Below are positions 47,523 through 57,190 of a stretch of DNA of 64,000 nucleotides, in pieces; within the stretch, counting starts at the first letter, position 1; each line of letters opens with the position of its first letter. The position numbers were made by a program, and so were the translations under genes. The notes beneath the pieces were generated by a model. It searched no databases, was not told the origin of the DNA, and was given only the letters and a program-made list of their open reading frames with translations. Where the stretch lies: contig CACMYW010000001.1 in assembly GCA_902617955.1 (NCBI GenBank), positions 15,627 through 79,626 on the forward strand. Reading direction: 5' to 3'. Origin of the DNA: an uncultured SAR86 cluster bacterium. Lineage in GTDB: Bacteria > Pseudomonadota > Gammaproteobacteria > Magnimaribacterales > D2472.

Positions 47523-48754
47523 TTTAAATTAGTTTCAACTTCAAGGATCGTCATTCTTCTTGCGTTATGATGATCATAGTCATAATCCATTTTTCCAGAA
47601 AGGCTCAAATTTGGAAATCTAGTAAATAATTCTTTTAACATGACTTCTGTCTGTGATCTTACTAACGTAACCCCAATACAGTAATGTGGACCTTGTCCAA
47701 AACTTATACTGTTGTCATGGCTTCTATGAATATTAAATGTGTTTGCGTCTTCATATGCAGCTGGATCTAACCCAGCAGTACTAGTAATTAGTTGTACCAT
47801 TTCACCCTTTTTAACACTAACACCAAGAATTTCAAGATTCTCAGATGCGTATCTCGCTAGACCAGTTTTTCCAGATGATTCATAACGTAAGGTCTCTGAG
47901 ATGGCGTTTTGTATTAGGCTTTCATCATTCTTTAGCTCAGCTAGTTGCTCAGGATGTGATAACAAAGCTCTTATTAAATAGCTATGTAAGTCAACAGCAG
48001 TATCAGATCCTGCTCCTAAAACAGCTCCGATTAATGCACACATCTCCCAATTTGATAGTTTTTCGCCATCTTCCTCCGCTGTTATGAGAGTAGATAAAAA
48101 ATCATCTGATGGGTTCTTTCTCTTTTCATCTATTAGCTCATTTAGCAGATCAAGCCCTGCAGGCACTCCAGCAATTGCTTGAGCTCTTTCTTCAGGTGTC
48201 AACATTGGATTGATGCCCCTAACAACTCCATAAGCTAAGGAGTCAAAAATTGGGAATTTATCCCTTGGAATCCCAACCAAACTTGCAATAGCTTGCGTTG
48301 GGATAATTTCAGCAATTTCAGTTGCAAAATTAAATCTTTCAGGCTTTCCGATTTCATCAAACCTCTCCTTAACCAGCTTTGTAAAACGAACTTTCATCTG
48401 TTCCATGATTCGAGGCGAAAATGCAGGAAGCGCAAGCTTTCTTAATCTTAAGTGATTAGATCTGTTTAAAAAAAATAAATTATTGTTCATTAATTTTTCA
48501 AAAGCATCCATCTCAGAGAGGTCTTTCTTAGGAGGCGCATGTTCCCATAGGTTAAAGTCAGTAGAGAGTCTTCTATCAAGTAAACAGTCAGTAATATTTT
48601 TATTGCCAGTAACTAACCATGCCGACCATGCATTAAATCTAGCTATCGGATACTCTTTAACCAGCTTCTCAATTGTTGGTTTTGGATCATCTATGAAATT
48701 CTTTGAGGATGGATCAAAGAAATGATCTACTGTAAGCTCTTCAATATTTAACAT
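47519..48754 (-). CDS. Cytochrome P450
   Basis: Haem-thiolate loop FGQGPHYCIG, ExxR (ETLR) and I-helix GAGSDT. Confidence 0.93.
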   Translation of the reverse strand: MLNIEELTVDHFFDPSSKNFIDDPKPTIEKLVKEYPIARFNAWSAWLVTGNKNITDCLLDRRLSTDFNLWEHAPPKKDLSEMDAFEKLMNNNLFFLNRSNHLRLRKLALPAFSPRIMEQMKVRFTKLVKERFDEIGKPERFNFATEIAEIIPTQAIASLVGIPRDKFPIFDSLAYGVVRGINPMLTPEERAQAIAGVPAGLDLLNELIDEKRKNPSDDFLSTLITAEEDGEKLSNWEMCALIGAVLGAGSDTAVDLHSYLIRALLSHPEQLAELKNDESLIQNAISETLRYESSGKTGLARYASENLEILGVSVKKGEMVQLITSTAGLDPAAYEDANTFNIHRSHDNSISFGQGPHYCIGVTLVRSQTEVMLKELFTRFPNLSLSGKMDYDYDHHNARRMTILEVETNLN

Positions 48755-48770
48755 GTTGTCATGATAATCT

Positions 48771-49004
48771 ATGAAAACCTTTGAGGAAAGCGGAATTACT
48801 TGTCTGGATTTGCATGGAGTTAAGCATGACAGTGTTCCTATTGAAGTAATTGATTTTTGTTATCAATATCAAGATAAATTGCCACTCAAAATCATATGCG
48901 GCAATAGTAAAAAGATGATGGATATTTGCATGAATGAGCTTTCTAAGAATGGAATTTTTTTTGAAATCAAAAGATATGGCATAATAATTGTGTTAAAAAT
49001 ATAA
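48771..49004 (+). CDS. Small stand-alone Smr-like domain protein (degenerate)
   Basis: 77 aa. LDLHG opens the domain, followed by a KIICGNSKK region where Smr has hGxG, and a C-terminal GIIIVLKI. The assignment is tentative. Confidence 0.4.
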   Translation: MKTFEESGITCLDLHGVKHDSVPIEVIDFCYQYQDKLPLKIICGNSKKMMDICMNELSKNGIFFEIKRYGIIIVLKI

Positions 49005-49035
49005 TTTTAAAAAAAATAATTAGTGGGGAAAAACT

Positions 49036-51303
49036 ATGAATTTTAAACAAATTACCTTGTCAATAGTATTTATTGCAACCTTTTCTATTGCTACTTCAGC
49101 TGATGAGCCTGTAGGTGTAGTCCAATCTGAAAGCGTTAATCAGTCAAGTAATTCAGTCTCATCATTTGATCAAACTATGGAAGCAAGATCAGTAGGTGGA
49201 ATTGAAGAAGTGGTTGTAACTGCCCAAAAAAGAGAGGAATCTCTTCAGGATACGCCAATAGCATTAACTGCTATAACCGAATCTACAATTGAAGATCTAG
49301 ATATTCAGAATGTTGTTGATATGGCTGGTATTTCACCAAACGTCATGCTTGTAGAGACTCCTTCGAATAATACCTCAGCTACGATAGCTATGCGTGGTGG
49401 AGTTACCATTAACCCTGCAATTACATGGGAGCCTACTGTTGGTGTATACCTTGATGGTGTTTATCTTGGTAAAACTCAAGGCGCGATATTTGATGTTGTT
49501 GATTTAGAAAGGGTAGAGATTTTAAGGGGCCCTCAGGGAACTTTGTATGGAAGGAATACATTAGGTGGAGCAATAAACTTAATTTCTAAGAAACCTTCCG
49601 GCTCTGGTACAGAATTTAAGTCCACGATTGGTGATTATGGACTGCGTCAATTCCAGCTTGTTAGTGATTTGAAGCTCGGTGATAACACCTTTGGTAAGGT
49701 TGTTATGAACAAAAAAGATCGTGGTGGGTATGTGAAAAACTTCGTAAGTCCATTTGGACCCCCGCAAGGCGTTGTGCCAACAGCTGCACCCACTTTAAAT
49801 GATCTAGATACGATTGATGCAGAGGGCTACAGAGTAAATCTTTCTTGGAATTCAGATGTAAGTTCGCTTGATTTTGCCATGGATTACAATAGACAAAATA
49901 ATACACCGCCATTTGCTCAACTTGGTAATACCATACCTAATTGGAGCACGGTTTTTGGTGTTGGTGCTTCAGCTCTTACTGGCGGCTTAAAATTATGGCC
50001 AATCGAGCTTTTTACCTCAAAGGATAGAGAGAAAGTTGCTCATATTAATGAAAATACTTTCGAAACTTCTAAAGTTGAAGGGACTTCTCTAACATATTCT
50101 CGTGATCTTAGCTTTGGAACTGTTAAAGCAATAATTGCAAAAAGAGAAACAACATGGTCTGACAATCTTGACCTAGATGGAGGACCTTTCCCAATTGCCA
50201 ATACCTCAAGATTTACAACTTATGAATCAGACACTGTTGAAATTCAACTAACTGGTCAGAGAAATAATCTTAATTATGTTCTTGGGTACTACAGCCTTAA
50301 GGATGAAGCATACACTTCAAACCCTCAGTCTTTCTTTGGTGGGGGCCAAGTATTTGCCCAAAATTACTCAGGTGATGGAGATAGTGAGGCATTTTATGGC
50401 CAATTTGAGTTAGCTGTTTCGGATAAAACAGATGTCACTGTAGGGGTAAGAAAAACAGAGGAAGATAAAGAGGGCTTTAAAGAATATGTCGGAGTAATTT
50501 CAGCTAACGGTAGCGGAAGCTTTGATGATACTACCGGTACCTTCATTGTTTCTCATGATATTAGTGAGTCTGCAAATATGTATTTCAAAGTTGCAGATGG
50601 GTTTAAGGCCGGTGGATTTAATGCAGAAAGCTCAAATCCATTTGCTGCTTCAGTACCATACGCACCTGAAACAGTTCAATCAACCGAGATAGGTTTTAAA
50701 GGAATTTTCTTTGATAACAGACTAATGCTCAATGCTGCCTACTTTGATAATGAGCACGAAGATATGCAGATCTCTTATTTTACTGCTGATGCTGCTGCTG
50801 CATCTGAAGTAATCAATAATTCTGCTGATATATCCGGTATTGAAATTGAAACAACTGCTTATCTTAACGATACAACAAAAATTATGATCAACTATGGGCA
50901 CCTTGATTCTGAATTCACAGGCGGTGCTGTTGCCAGTGATGGCTTTTTGCTTGAGCAGTTTCCTTATGCTCCTGAAAATAGTATTTATTTTTCAGTTGAA
51001 AAGGATTATGGAGCATATCGTGCTAGGTTGGATTATAGCCGTATCTCTGAGCATGCAATTTTTCCATATAATGGTAATGACCCAAGAGCTGATCTTACCA
51101 AGGTTGATTCAAGGGGAATCATTGATGTCAGATTATTAATGGATCCAAGTGAGGATATTAGTCTAACTTTTTGGATTAAAAATTTAGCTGATAAGAGCTA
51201 TATTGTTAACAATATTCCTTTTGGTCCTGCATTTGGTCAACTTACTCTTGACTATTATGGTGCACCAAGAACATTAGGTTTTGATTTTAGGTATAAATTC
51301 TAA
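49036..51303 (+). CDS. TonB-dependent receptor (755 aa class)
   Basis: Signal peptide, TonB box EEVVVTAQKREESLQDTP, plug motif GTLYGRNTLGGAINLISK, C-terminal RYKF. SD GGGGA. Confidence 0.9.
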   Translation: MNFKQITLSIVFIATFSIATSADEPVGVVQSESVNQSSNSVSSFDQTMEARSVGGIEEVVVTAQKREESLQDTPIALTAITESTIEDLDIQNVVDMAGISPNVMLVETPSNNTSATIAMRGGVTINPAITWEPTVGVYLDGVYLGKTQGAIFDVVDLERVEILRGPQGTLYGRNTLGGAINLISKKPSGSGTEFKSTIGDYGLRQFQLVSDLKLGDNTFGKVVMNKKDRGGYVKNFVSPFGPPQGVVPTAAPTLNDLDTIDAEGYRVNLSWNSDVSSLDFAMDYNRQNNTPPFAQLGNTIPNWSTVFGVGASALTGGLKLWPIELFTSKDREKVAHINENTFETSKVEGTSLTYSRDLSFGTVKAIIAKRETTWSDNLDLDGGPFPIANTSRFTTYESDTVEIQLTGQRNNLNYVLGYYSLKDEAYTSNPQSFFGGGQVFAQNYSGDGDSEAFYGQFELAVSDKTDVTVGVRKTEEDKEGFKEYVGVISANGSGSFDDTTGTFIVSHDISESANMYFKVADGFKAGGFNAESSNPFAASVPYAPETVQSTEIGFKGIFFDNRLMLNAAYFDNEHEDMQISYFTADAAAASEVINNSADISGIEIETTAYLNDTTKIMINYGHLDSEFTGGAVASDGFLLEQFPYAPENSIYFSVEKDYGAYRARLDYSRISEHAIFPYNGNDPRADLTKVDSRGIIDVRLLMDPSEDISLTFWIKNLADKSYIVNNIPFGPAFGQLTLDYYGAPRTLGFDFRYKF

Positions 51304-51319
51304 AGCCTTTTTTATTCGA

Positions 51320-51353
51320 GCCAGTTAATTTCGTATTAACTGGCTAATTTTTT
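51320..51353 (+). terminator. Rho-independent terminator
   Basis: 10-bp stem GCCAGTTAAT / ATTAACTGGC with loop TTCGT, followed by TAATTTTTT. Confidence 0.7.
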
Positions 51354-51355
51354 AT

Positions 51356-52522
51356 ATGCAAAATAATTGGGAAGACATTCTTTTATTTGATGAGCAACTC
51401 TCTGAGGAGGAGAGGATTATTCAAAGAAATATTCGTGAATATTGTCAGAACTCCTTGATGCCAAGAATTCTTGAGGCTAACCGAGATGAGGTATTTCATA
51501 AAGAAATTTATCAAGAGCTTGGCGAGCTAGGAATGCTTGGTCCTACAATTCATGGATATGGTTGCGCGGGTATTGGTTATGTTGCATATGGCTTGATTAC
51601 CAGAGAAATTGAAAGGGTTGATTCTAGTTATCGATCTGCAATGAGCGTTCAATCATCATTATCGATGTATGCAATCTATAGATTTGGATCAGATGATCAA
51701 AAAAAGAAATATTTACCAGAAATGGCCAAAGGAAAATTAATTGGATGCTTTGGTTTAACTGAGCCCGATGCGGGCTCAGATCCTGGAAGCATGAAGACAA
51801 TTGCTAAAAAAACTGATGGTGGATATAAATTGTCAGGCTCTAAGACATGGATAACGAATGCCCCTATTGCAGACATTTTTGTAATATGGGCAAAAGACGA
51901 ACAGGGAATTCTCAGAGGCTTTATTGCAGAAAAAGATGATAAAAATATTAGTACTGCCAAATTGGATGGTAAGTTTGCTCTTCGTGCATCGACAACAGGG
52001 CAAGTTTTCATGGATGAACTTTTCATTCCCGATGAGAGGGTTCTACCAAACGTACAAAGCTTCAAGGGCCCATTTTCGTGCCTGAATTTAGCAAGATATG
52101 GTATTTCATGGGGAGTTATTGGTGCAGCTGAATTCTGCTGGAAGGCTGCAAGACAATACACCCTTGATCGTGATCAATTTGGCGAACCGTTAGCTGCTAA
52201 ACAACTCATACAAAAAAAGCTTGCAGATATGCAGTCAGAAATCACACTTGCATTGCAGGCTAGTTTGAGGGTTGGCAGATTAATGGACGAAGATAAAATG
52301 ATTCCAGAAATGATTTCGCTCGTTAAAAGAAATAATTGTGGAAAAGCATTAGATATTGCTAGAACTGCCCGTGACATGCATGGTGGCAATGGTGTCATCG
52401 ATGAGTATCACGTAATAAGGCATACCATGAACCTTGAAGCCGTAAATACTTACGAAGGTACCCATGATGTTCATTCACTTATTTTAGGAAACTTTCAAAC
52501 CGGAATAGCTGCATTTAAATAA
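51356..52522 (+). CDS. gcdH: Glutaryl-CoA dehydrogenase (acyl-CoA dehydrogenase family)
   Basis: 388 aa with the GCDH-type N-terminus ([20 protein letters not shown]) and the ACAD middle/C-terminal domains. Confidence 0.8.
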   Translation: MQNNWEDILLFDEQLSEEERIIQRNIREYCQNSLMPRILEANRDEVFHKEIYQELGELGMLGPTIHGYGCAGIGYVAYGLITREIERVDSSYRSAMSVQSSLSMYAIYRFGSDDQKKKYLPEMAKGKLIGCFGLTEPDAGSDPGSMKTIAKKTDGGYKLSGSKTWITNAPIADIFVIWAKDEQGILRGFIAEKDDKNISTAKLDGKFALRASTTGQVFMDELFIPDERVLPNVQSFKGPFSCLNLARYGISWGVIGAAEFCWKAARQYTLDRDQFGEPLAAKQLIQKKLADMQSEITLALQASLRVGRLMDEDKMIPEMISLVKRNNCGKALDIARTARDMHGGNGVIDEYHVIRHTMNLEAVNTYEGTHDVHSLILGNFQTGIAAFK

Positions 52523-52525
52523 GAT

Positions 52526-52981
52526 ATGGCAGAAAAATATTCAGAATCCTCAGCTAAGTTTGGCAAGTTTGTAATTCGGATCTTTTCGAAGCTCCAAGCA
52601 CCTATTTTTTTGATGTCTAAAGGCAAGATATGGAATAAGTGGCCTGGTGGTTTTCCAGTAATGGTTGTAAAAACTATTGGTGCTAGAACAAAAAAAGTTA
52701 GAAATATTCCGCTAATACATGTTCATAAAGATGGAAATCCAATTTTAGTTGCCTCTCTAGGAGGAATGCCAAAAAATCCAAGCTGGTATTACAACGTTAA
52801 AGCAAATCCAAAAGTTGAAGTAACGACTCGCAACAGTCATGGAACTTTTATTGCAAGGCAAGTGTCAAAAGATGAGAAATCAACACTCTGGCCAACTATT
52901 TGTGAGACATATCCCGACTATCAAACCTATCAAAATAACACTGATAGAGATATTCCAGTGTTTATTTGTGATCCTGCGTAA
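52526..52981 (+). CDS. DUF385 / deazaflavin-dependent nitroreductase-like (DDN family) protein
   Basis: Family motif NPSWYYNVKANPKVEV in a split beta-barrel-sized protein of 151 aa. Confidence 0.65.
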   Translation: MAEKYSESSAKFGKFVIRIFSKLQAPIFLMSKGKIWNKWPGGFPVMVVKTIGARTKKVRNIPLIHVHKDGNPILVASLGGMPKNPSWYYNVKANPKVEVTTRNSHGTFIARQVSKDEKSTLWPTICETYPDYQTYQNNTDRDIPVFICDPA

Positions 52982-53001
52982 ATGTAAAGTATACTTTACA
53001 T
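52982..53001. promoter_or_regulatory. Perfect 20-bp palindrome (candidate operator) ahead of the ABC exporter operon
   Basis: ATGTAAAGTA|TACTTTACAT: all 10 pairs are complementary. It fills most of the 29-nt intergenic gap, and its centre contains the -10-like TATACT. Confidence 0.5.
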
Positions 53002-53010
53002 CCAAAATTT

Positions 53011-53697
53011 ATGAGTATAATTAAAACCGATAATTTGGTCCGTCATTTTACTGTTGGAACTCAAACTGTTGAAGCTCTAAGAGGGGTTTCACTTGATATC
53101 GAAAAAGGAGAGTTTGTAGCAATAATGGGCCCATCAGGTTCAGGTAAATCTACTTTAATGAATATCATTGGTTGCTTGGATAGTCCTACCAGCGGAACAT
53201 ATTACCTAAACAATAAAAATGTAAGCACGCTTAATGATGATGCTCTTGCATTAATTAGGAATCATGAGATTGGATTTGTATTTCAAAATTTCCATTTATT
53301 GGCAAGAAACACAGCTTTAGACAACGTCATGTTGCCATTGAAATATGCAGGAATAGATAAGTCTGAGCAGGAAGAAATTGCTATGGAGGTAATAAAATCA
53401 GTTGATCTTGAATCTAGAGCTCATCACCAACCCTCAGAATTATCTGGAGGCCAACAACAAAGAGTTGCCATTGCAAGAGCATTAGTTAATAAGCCATCCA
53501 TTCTATTTGCTGATGAACCTACTGGAAATCTTGATAGCAAGACGGGTGATGATGTTATGAATCTCTTTAAAAATCTTCATAAACAAGGCCAAACCATTAT
53601 TGTAATTACCCATGAAATAGAGGTTGCAAATCAAGCTGAGAGAATAATATCTATAAAAGACGGTAAAATATTCGAGGATCAAAAGGTATCAAAATGA
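53011..53697 (+). CDS. ABC transporter ATP-binding protein (MacB/LolD class)
   Basis: Walker A GPSGSGKST, signature LSGGQQQR, Walker B ILFADEPT. Confidence 0.92.
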   Translation: MSIIKTDNLVRHFTVGTQTVEALRGVSLDIEKGEFVAIMGPSGSGKSTLMNIIGCLDSPTSGTYYLNNKNVSTLNDDALALIRNHEIGFVFQNFHLLARNTALDNVMLPLKYAGIDKSEQEEIAMEVIKSVDLESRAHHQPSELSGGQQQRVAIARALVNKPSILFADEPTGNLDSKTGDDVMNLFKNLHKQGQTIIVITHEIEVANQAERIISIKDGKIFEDQKVSK

Positions 53698-54884
53698 AGA
53701 ATAAAATATTATCTTTGTTAATAATTTCAATTTTCCTAGTAAGTTGTGGGGGTGGCTCCAGTGCTGAAGAGGAGTTTAAGTTTTATTCAAAAAAAGAGGT
53801 TGATACGCAACAGCTTGATTTGACCGTTGAAGCTTCAGGGACTGTTGAGGCAATTTCTTCTATTGAGATTAAGTCTAAAGCCTCAGGAGAGATATTATAT
53901 TTGGGAGCAGAAATAGGAGACTACATAGAAAAAGGTCAAGTGTTAGCAAGAATTGATCAAAGGACGCCAAAAAATAATCTTGAGCAAGCATCTGCTGATT
54001 TAGACGTAGCAAAGGTAAGGTTACAAAACGCTGAAAGCCAATTTCTTAGATCAGAAACACTCCACAAGGAGGGGAGCATTTCTGATAAAGCTTTTGAAGA
54101 TGCTCAAGAATCTTTTTCTTCAGCAAAATCTCAATACGTAAGATCTAATGTTTACTTAGAAAATGCAAAAATAGCGCTTGATGATACCCTCGTTCGATCA
54201 CCGATTAGTGGAACTATTATTTCAAGGGCAGCAGAAGTTGGCCAAGTTATAACTTCTCCAACCTCAGCAGTAGGCGGAGGAACTCTTTTAATGGAAATGG
54301 CTGATTTAAATCAAGTAAGAGTCAGAGCACTGATCGATGAGATAGATATTGGCAAGATTACTATTGGTCAGGAAGTTACTTTAAAAGTTTCAGCTTATAG
54401 GGATAAAAAATTTACAGGAATAGTTTCAAAGATCGAGCCACAGGCAAAAGAGGAGCAAAACGTTACTACCTTCCCTGTATTGATTGATATTAAAAATGAG
54501 AATAATTTACTACTAATCGGGATGAATACTGATGTTGAAATTGAAATTTTAAATGAACAAGTTGCTCTAGCACTCCCTTCAGGATCTCTTAGAACAAGAA
54601 GAGATGTTACAACAGTTGCTATGCTTTTAGGGCTTGATGATGTTCAAATTAATTCATTTCTTGAGAAGAAAGTTGAGGGTGAAGGGTTTACTTCTTTTAT
54701 AGTTTTTAAAGAAACAAATAAGGGACCACAAATGCAATGGGTTAAAGTTGGTAAAACTGATCTTAACTATGTCGAACTGAAAGAGGGACTTAATAAAAAT
54801 GATATTGTTTATGTGCTACCAAGTGAGGGATTAATTAAATCGCAACAAAGATTCTCAGAACGATTACGTAATAGGTTCAGCTAA
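53694..54884 (+). CDS. Periplasmic adaptor (membrane-fusion protein, MacA/HlyD family), lipoprotein
   Basis: Lipobox LVSC, coiled-coil hairpin region, beta-barrel domain. Overlaps the ATPase gene by 4 nt. Confidence 0.85.
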   Translation: MKNKILSLLIISIFLVSCGGGSSAEEEFKFYSKKEVDTQQLDLTVEASGTVEAISSIEIKSKASGEILYLGAEIGDYIEKGQVLARIDQRTPKNNLEQASADLDVAKVRLQNAESQFLRSETLHKEGSISDKAFEDAQESFSSAKSQYVRSNVYLENAKIALDDTLVRSPISGTIISRAAEVGQVITSPTSAVGGGTLLMEMADLNQVRVRALIDEIDIGKITIGQEVTLKVSAYRDKKFTGIVSKIEPQAKEEQNVTTFPVLIDIKNENNLLLIGMNTDVEIEILNEQVALALPSGSLRTRRDVTTVAMLLGLDDVQINSFLEKKVEGEGFTSFIVFKETNKGPQMQWVKVGKTDLNYVELKEGLNKNDIVYVLPSEGLIKSQQRFSERLRNRFS

Positions 54885-56092
54885 TGCTTGTCCAAGAGTC
54901 TATAGGTACTGCAGTCGATGCGATTAAAGCCAATAAATTAAGATCAATTTTAACAACGCTTGCCATTATTATTGGAACTGCAGCGGTCATTGCAATGGTG
55001 GCTATGGGTTCAAGTGCTCAACAGGCACTTAATGATTCTATTACTGATCTTGGAGCAAGAACAATATATGTTTATCCCAGCTCTTCTAAACAAGGAGCAA
55101 CAAATACAAGTAAGGTACCGCTAGATATTAAAGATGCCATCGCTCTTTCAAAGGACGGAGAGATACCTTGGCAGATTGCTCCTGAGATTCGAGGTTCAAA
55201 ACAAGTTAAATTTAAAAGTGAGAATGCAAGCCTACAAATTGTTGGCAGTACGCCTGATTTTTTTTCTATCCGTGGGTATGAATTAGATTCTGGTACCACT
55301 TTTACTGAAAATGACAGTTTAGCCAGAAAAAGGGTTGTTGTGTTAGGTTCAAAAGTAGCTAATGAACTCAAAACATCATCCAGAGCTCTCTTAAACAACG
55401 AAATCTTAATTAATAATATTTCATTCAAAGTCATTGGCACCATTAAAGAAGAGGGTGCAGGCTGGGGACCTAATCCTGATGAGCAGATCTATACGCCCAT
55501 ATATACCGCCTCTGATAGGATCTTTGGGAGGGAGACAATCGGATCCATTAATGTAAATTTTCCTGTAGAGTACTCCACAGAGGAGGTAATGATTGCCATC
55601 GAAAGGATTCTGAGAAGAGAGCATGACATTGGGCCTGGTGAAACTAATAATTTTAGTATTAGAGACTGGGGTCAAGCACTAGATCTTCAAAGACAAGCTA
55701 CATCTATCTTTTTTGCCCTAATAATTGGTATTGCTTCAATAAGTCTTTTAGTGGGGGGCATTGGGGTGATGAATATTATGTTAGTTTCAGTGACTGAGAG
55801 GACTAGGGAAATTGGTTTAAGGAAGGCGCTAGGCGCTACACAAAACACAATTTTGCTTCAGTTTATTATCGAAGCAATCACCTTATGCCTAATCGGAGGT
55901 TTTATTGGAGTTATTCTTGGAACCTCAATATACTTTCTAATAGCTTTTTTGCAAGAATGGCCGTTAGTATTTCCTCTAACCGCGATAATCGGCTCAGTGA
56001 CTTTTTCTGCAATGGTAGGACTATTTTTTGGAATTTGGCCTGCCAGAAGAGCAGCGAAACTTGATCCAGCAATATCACTAAGGTACGAATAG
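54884..56092 (+). CDS. ABC transporter permease (MacB-type: periplasmic domain + FtsX 4-TM)
   Basis: 402 aa: one TM, a large periplasmic domain, and a C-terminal FtsX-like region with TERTREIGLRKALGA. Confidence 0.88.
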   Translation: MLVQESIGTAVDAIKANKLRSILTTLAIIIGTAAVIAMVAMGSSAQQALNDSITDLGARTIYVYPSSSKQGATNTSKVPLDIKDAIALSKDGEIPWQIAPEIRGSKQVKFKSENASLQIVGSTPDFFSIRGYELDSGTTFTENDSLARKRVVVLGSKVANELKTSSRALLNNEILINNISFKVIGTIKEEGAGWGPNPDEQIYTPIYTASDRIFGRETIGSINVNFPVEYSTEEVMIAIERILRREHDIGPGETNNFSIRDWGQALDLQRQATSIFFALIIGIASISLLVGGIGVMNIMLVSVTERTREIGLRKALGATQNTILLQFIIEAITLCLIGGFIGVILGTSIYFLIAFLQEWPLVFPLTAIIGSVTFSAMVGLFFGIWPARRAAKLDPAISLRYE

Positions 56093-57190
56093 ATGAAAGT
56101 TGCTCAATTACTTCCAGAATTAAATTTTGGAGGTGTTGAACGTGGAACAGTAGATCTTGCCAATTTTTTAGTTTCTCAAGGTCATGATGCTCTCGTTATT
56201 TCCGCAGGTGGAGTTCTTGAAGGTGAATTAGACACTGAGGTAAAAAGTTTACAAATTCCCATTTCAAAGAAATCCTTGTCTGCTTTGATGCAGTTTAAAT
56301 CTCTTCAGAAAATTCTTCTTAAAGAGAGACCAGATATTGTTCACGTTCGATCAAGATTTCCAGCCTGGATATATCTCTTGGCCACAAGAGGAATGCCAAA
56401 CCATCAAAAGCCTGTCTTAGTGTCCACCTTTCATGGTCTATACAGTAAGCCATGGTATAGCCAATCAATGGCTAAAAGTGATTCAATTATTAGTATTTCT
56501 AATACCGTAAAGCAATACATTAAAGATAATTACAGAATTTCAACACAAAATATAGTCAATATTTATAGGGGTTGTGACACAAAAAAATTTAATCAAATTC
56601 CTCTTGAAAGTAGCTGGCTTGATAAATGGTTTGCAGACTTTCCGCAAACAATAAATAAAAAAATCTTATTGATGCCTGGCAGGATCACCTCATGGAAGGG
56701 CATTGAAACATTTATTGAACTAATCCATCGGCTGAAAGATCCATCATTGATTGGCATTGTCATGGGGCCTGTTGCAAAGAATAAAAAAACTTATTTTGAA
56801 AAGCTCAAAACATTGGCATCAGACCTTAATCTGGATGAGACTAAAATTCTATTTTGTGATGGGAGATCTGATATTGAAAATGTATATAAAATTTCATCTA
56901 TTGTTTTTAACTTATCATCAAAGGCTGAACCGTTTGGTAGAACAATGATTGAAGCTGCTGCTTGCGGCAGTTCAGTGGTGGGATGGGATTACGGAGGGGT
57001 AAAAGAGTCCCTATCTCTTCTTCAATCTAATGGCCTTACTAAACTTAATTCCATGGATGATTTAGAAGTTAAAGTAAGACGTTTATTAGAGGTTCCAGAC
57101 CAGCTAATTTTAATTAAAGAGTTCACAAAAGAGCATCAAACCAACGCAACACTAAAAGTTTATAAGGAATTGCTTAATACCGAATTGTAA
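56093..57190 (+). CDS. Glycosyltransferase family 4
   Basis: GT-B fold with an ELNFGGVERGT N-terminus and the Ex7E motif EPFGRTMIE. Its ATG directly abuts the permease stop codon. Confidence 0.85.
   Translation: MKVAQLLPELNFGGVERGTVDLANFLVSQGHDALVISAGGVLEGELDTEVKSLQIPISKKSLSALMQFKSLQKILLKERPDIVHVRSRFPAWIYLLATRGMPNHQKPVLVSTFHGLYSKPWYSQSMAKSDSIISISNTVKQYIKDNYRISTQNIVNIYRGCDTKKFNQIPLESSWLDKWFADFPQTINKKILLMPGRITSWKGIETFIELIHRLKDPSLIGIVMGPVAKNKKTYFEKLKTLASDLNLDETKILFCDGRSDIENVYKISSIVFNLSSKAEPFGRTMIEAAACGSSVVGWDYGGVKESLSLLQSNGLTKLNSMDDLEVKVRRLLEVPDQLILIKEFTKEHQTNATLKVYKELLNTEL

Noticed and set aside
48755-49035. A possible cobalamin or other riboswitch upstream of the 755-aa TBDR; the region contains GCCACT, reminiscent of the B12-box end.
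   Set aside because: The other conserved cobalamin-riboswitch elements (GGGAA..GGTG..AAxTCC core, full B12 box) are absent. The region is better explained as a short ORF plus an SD.
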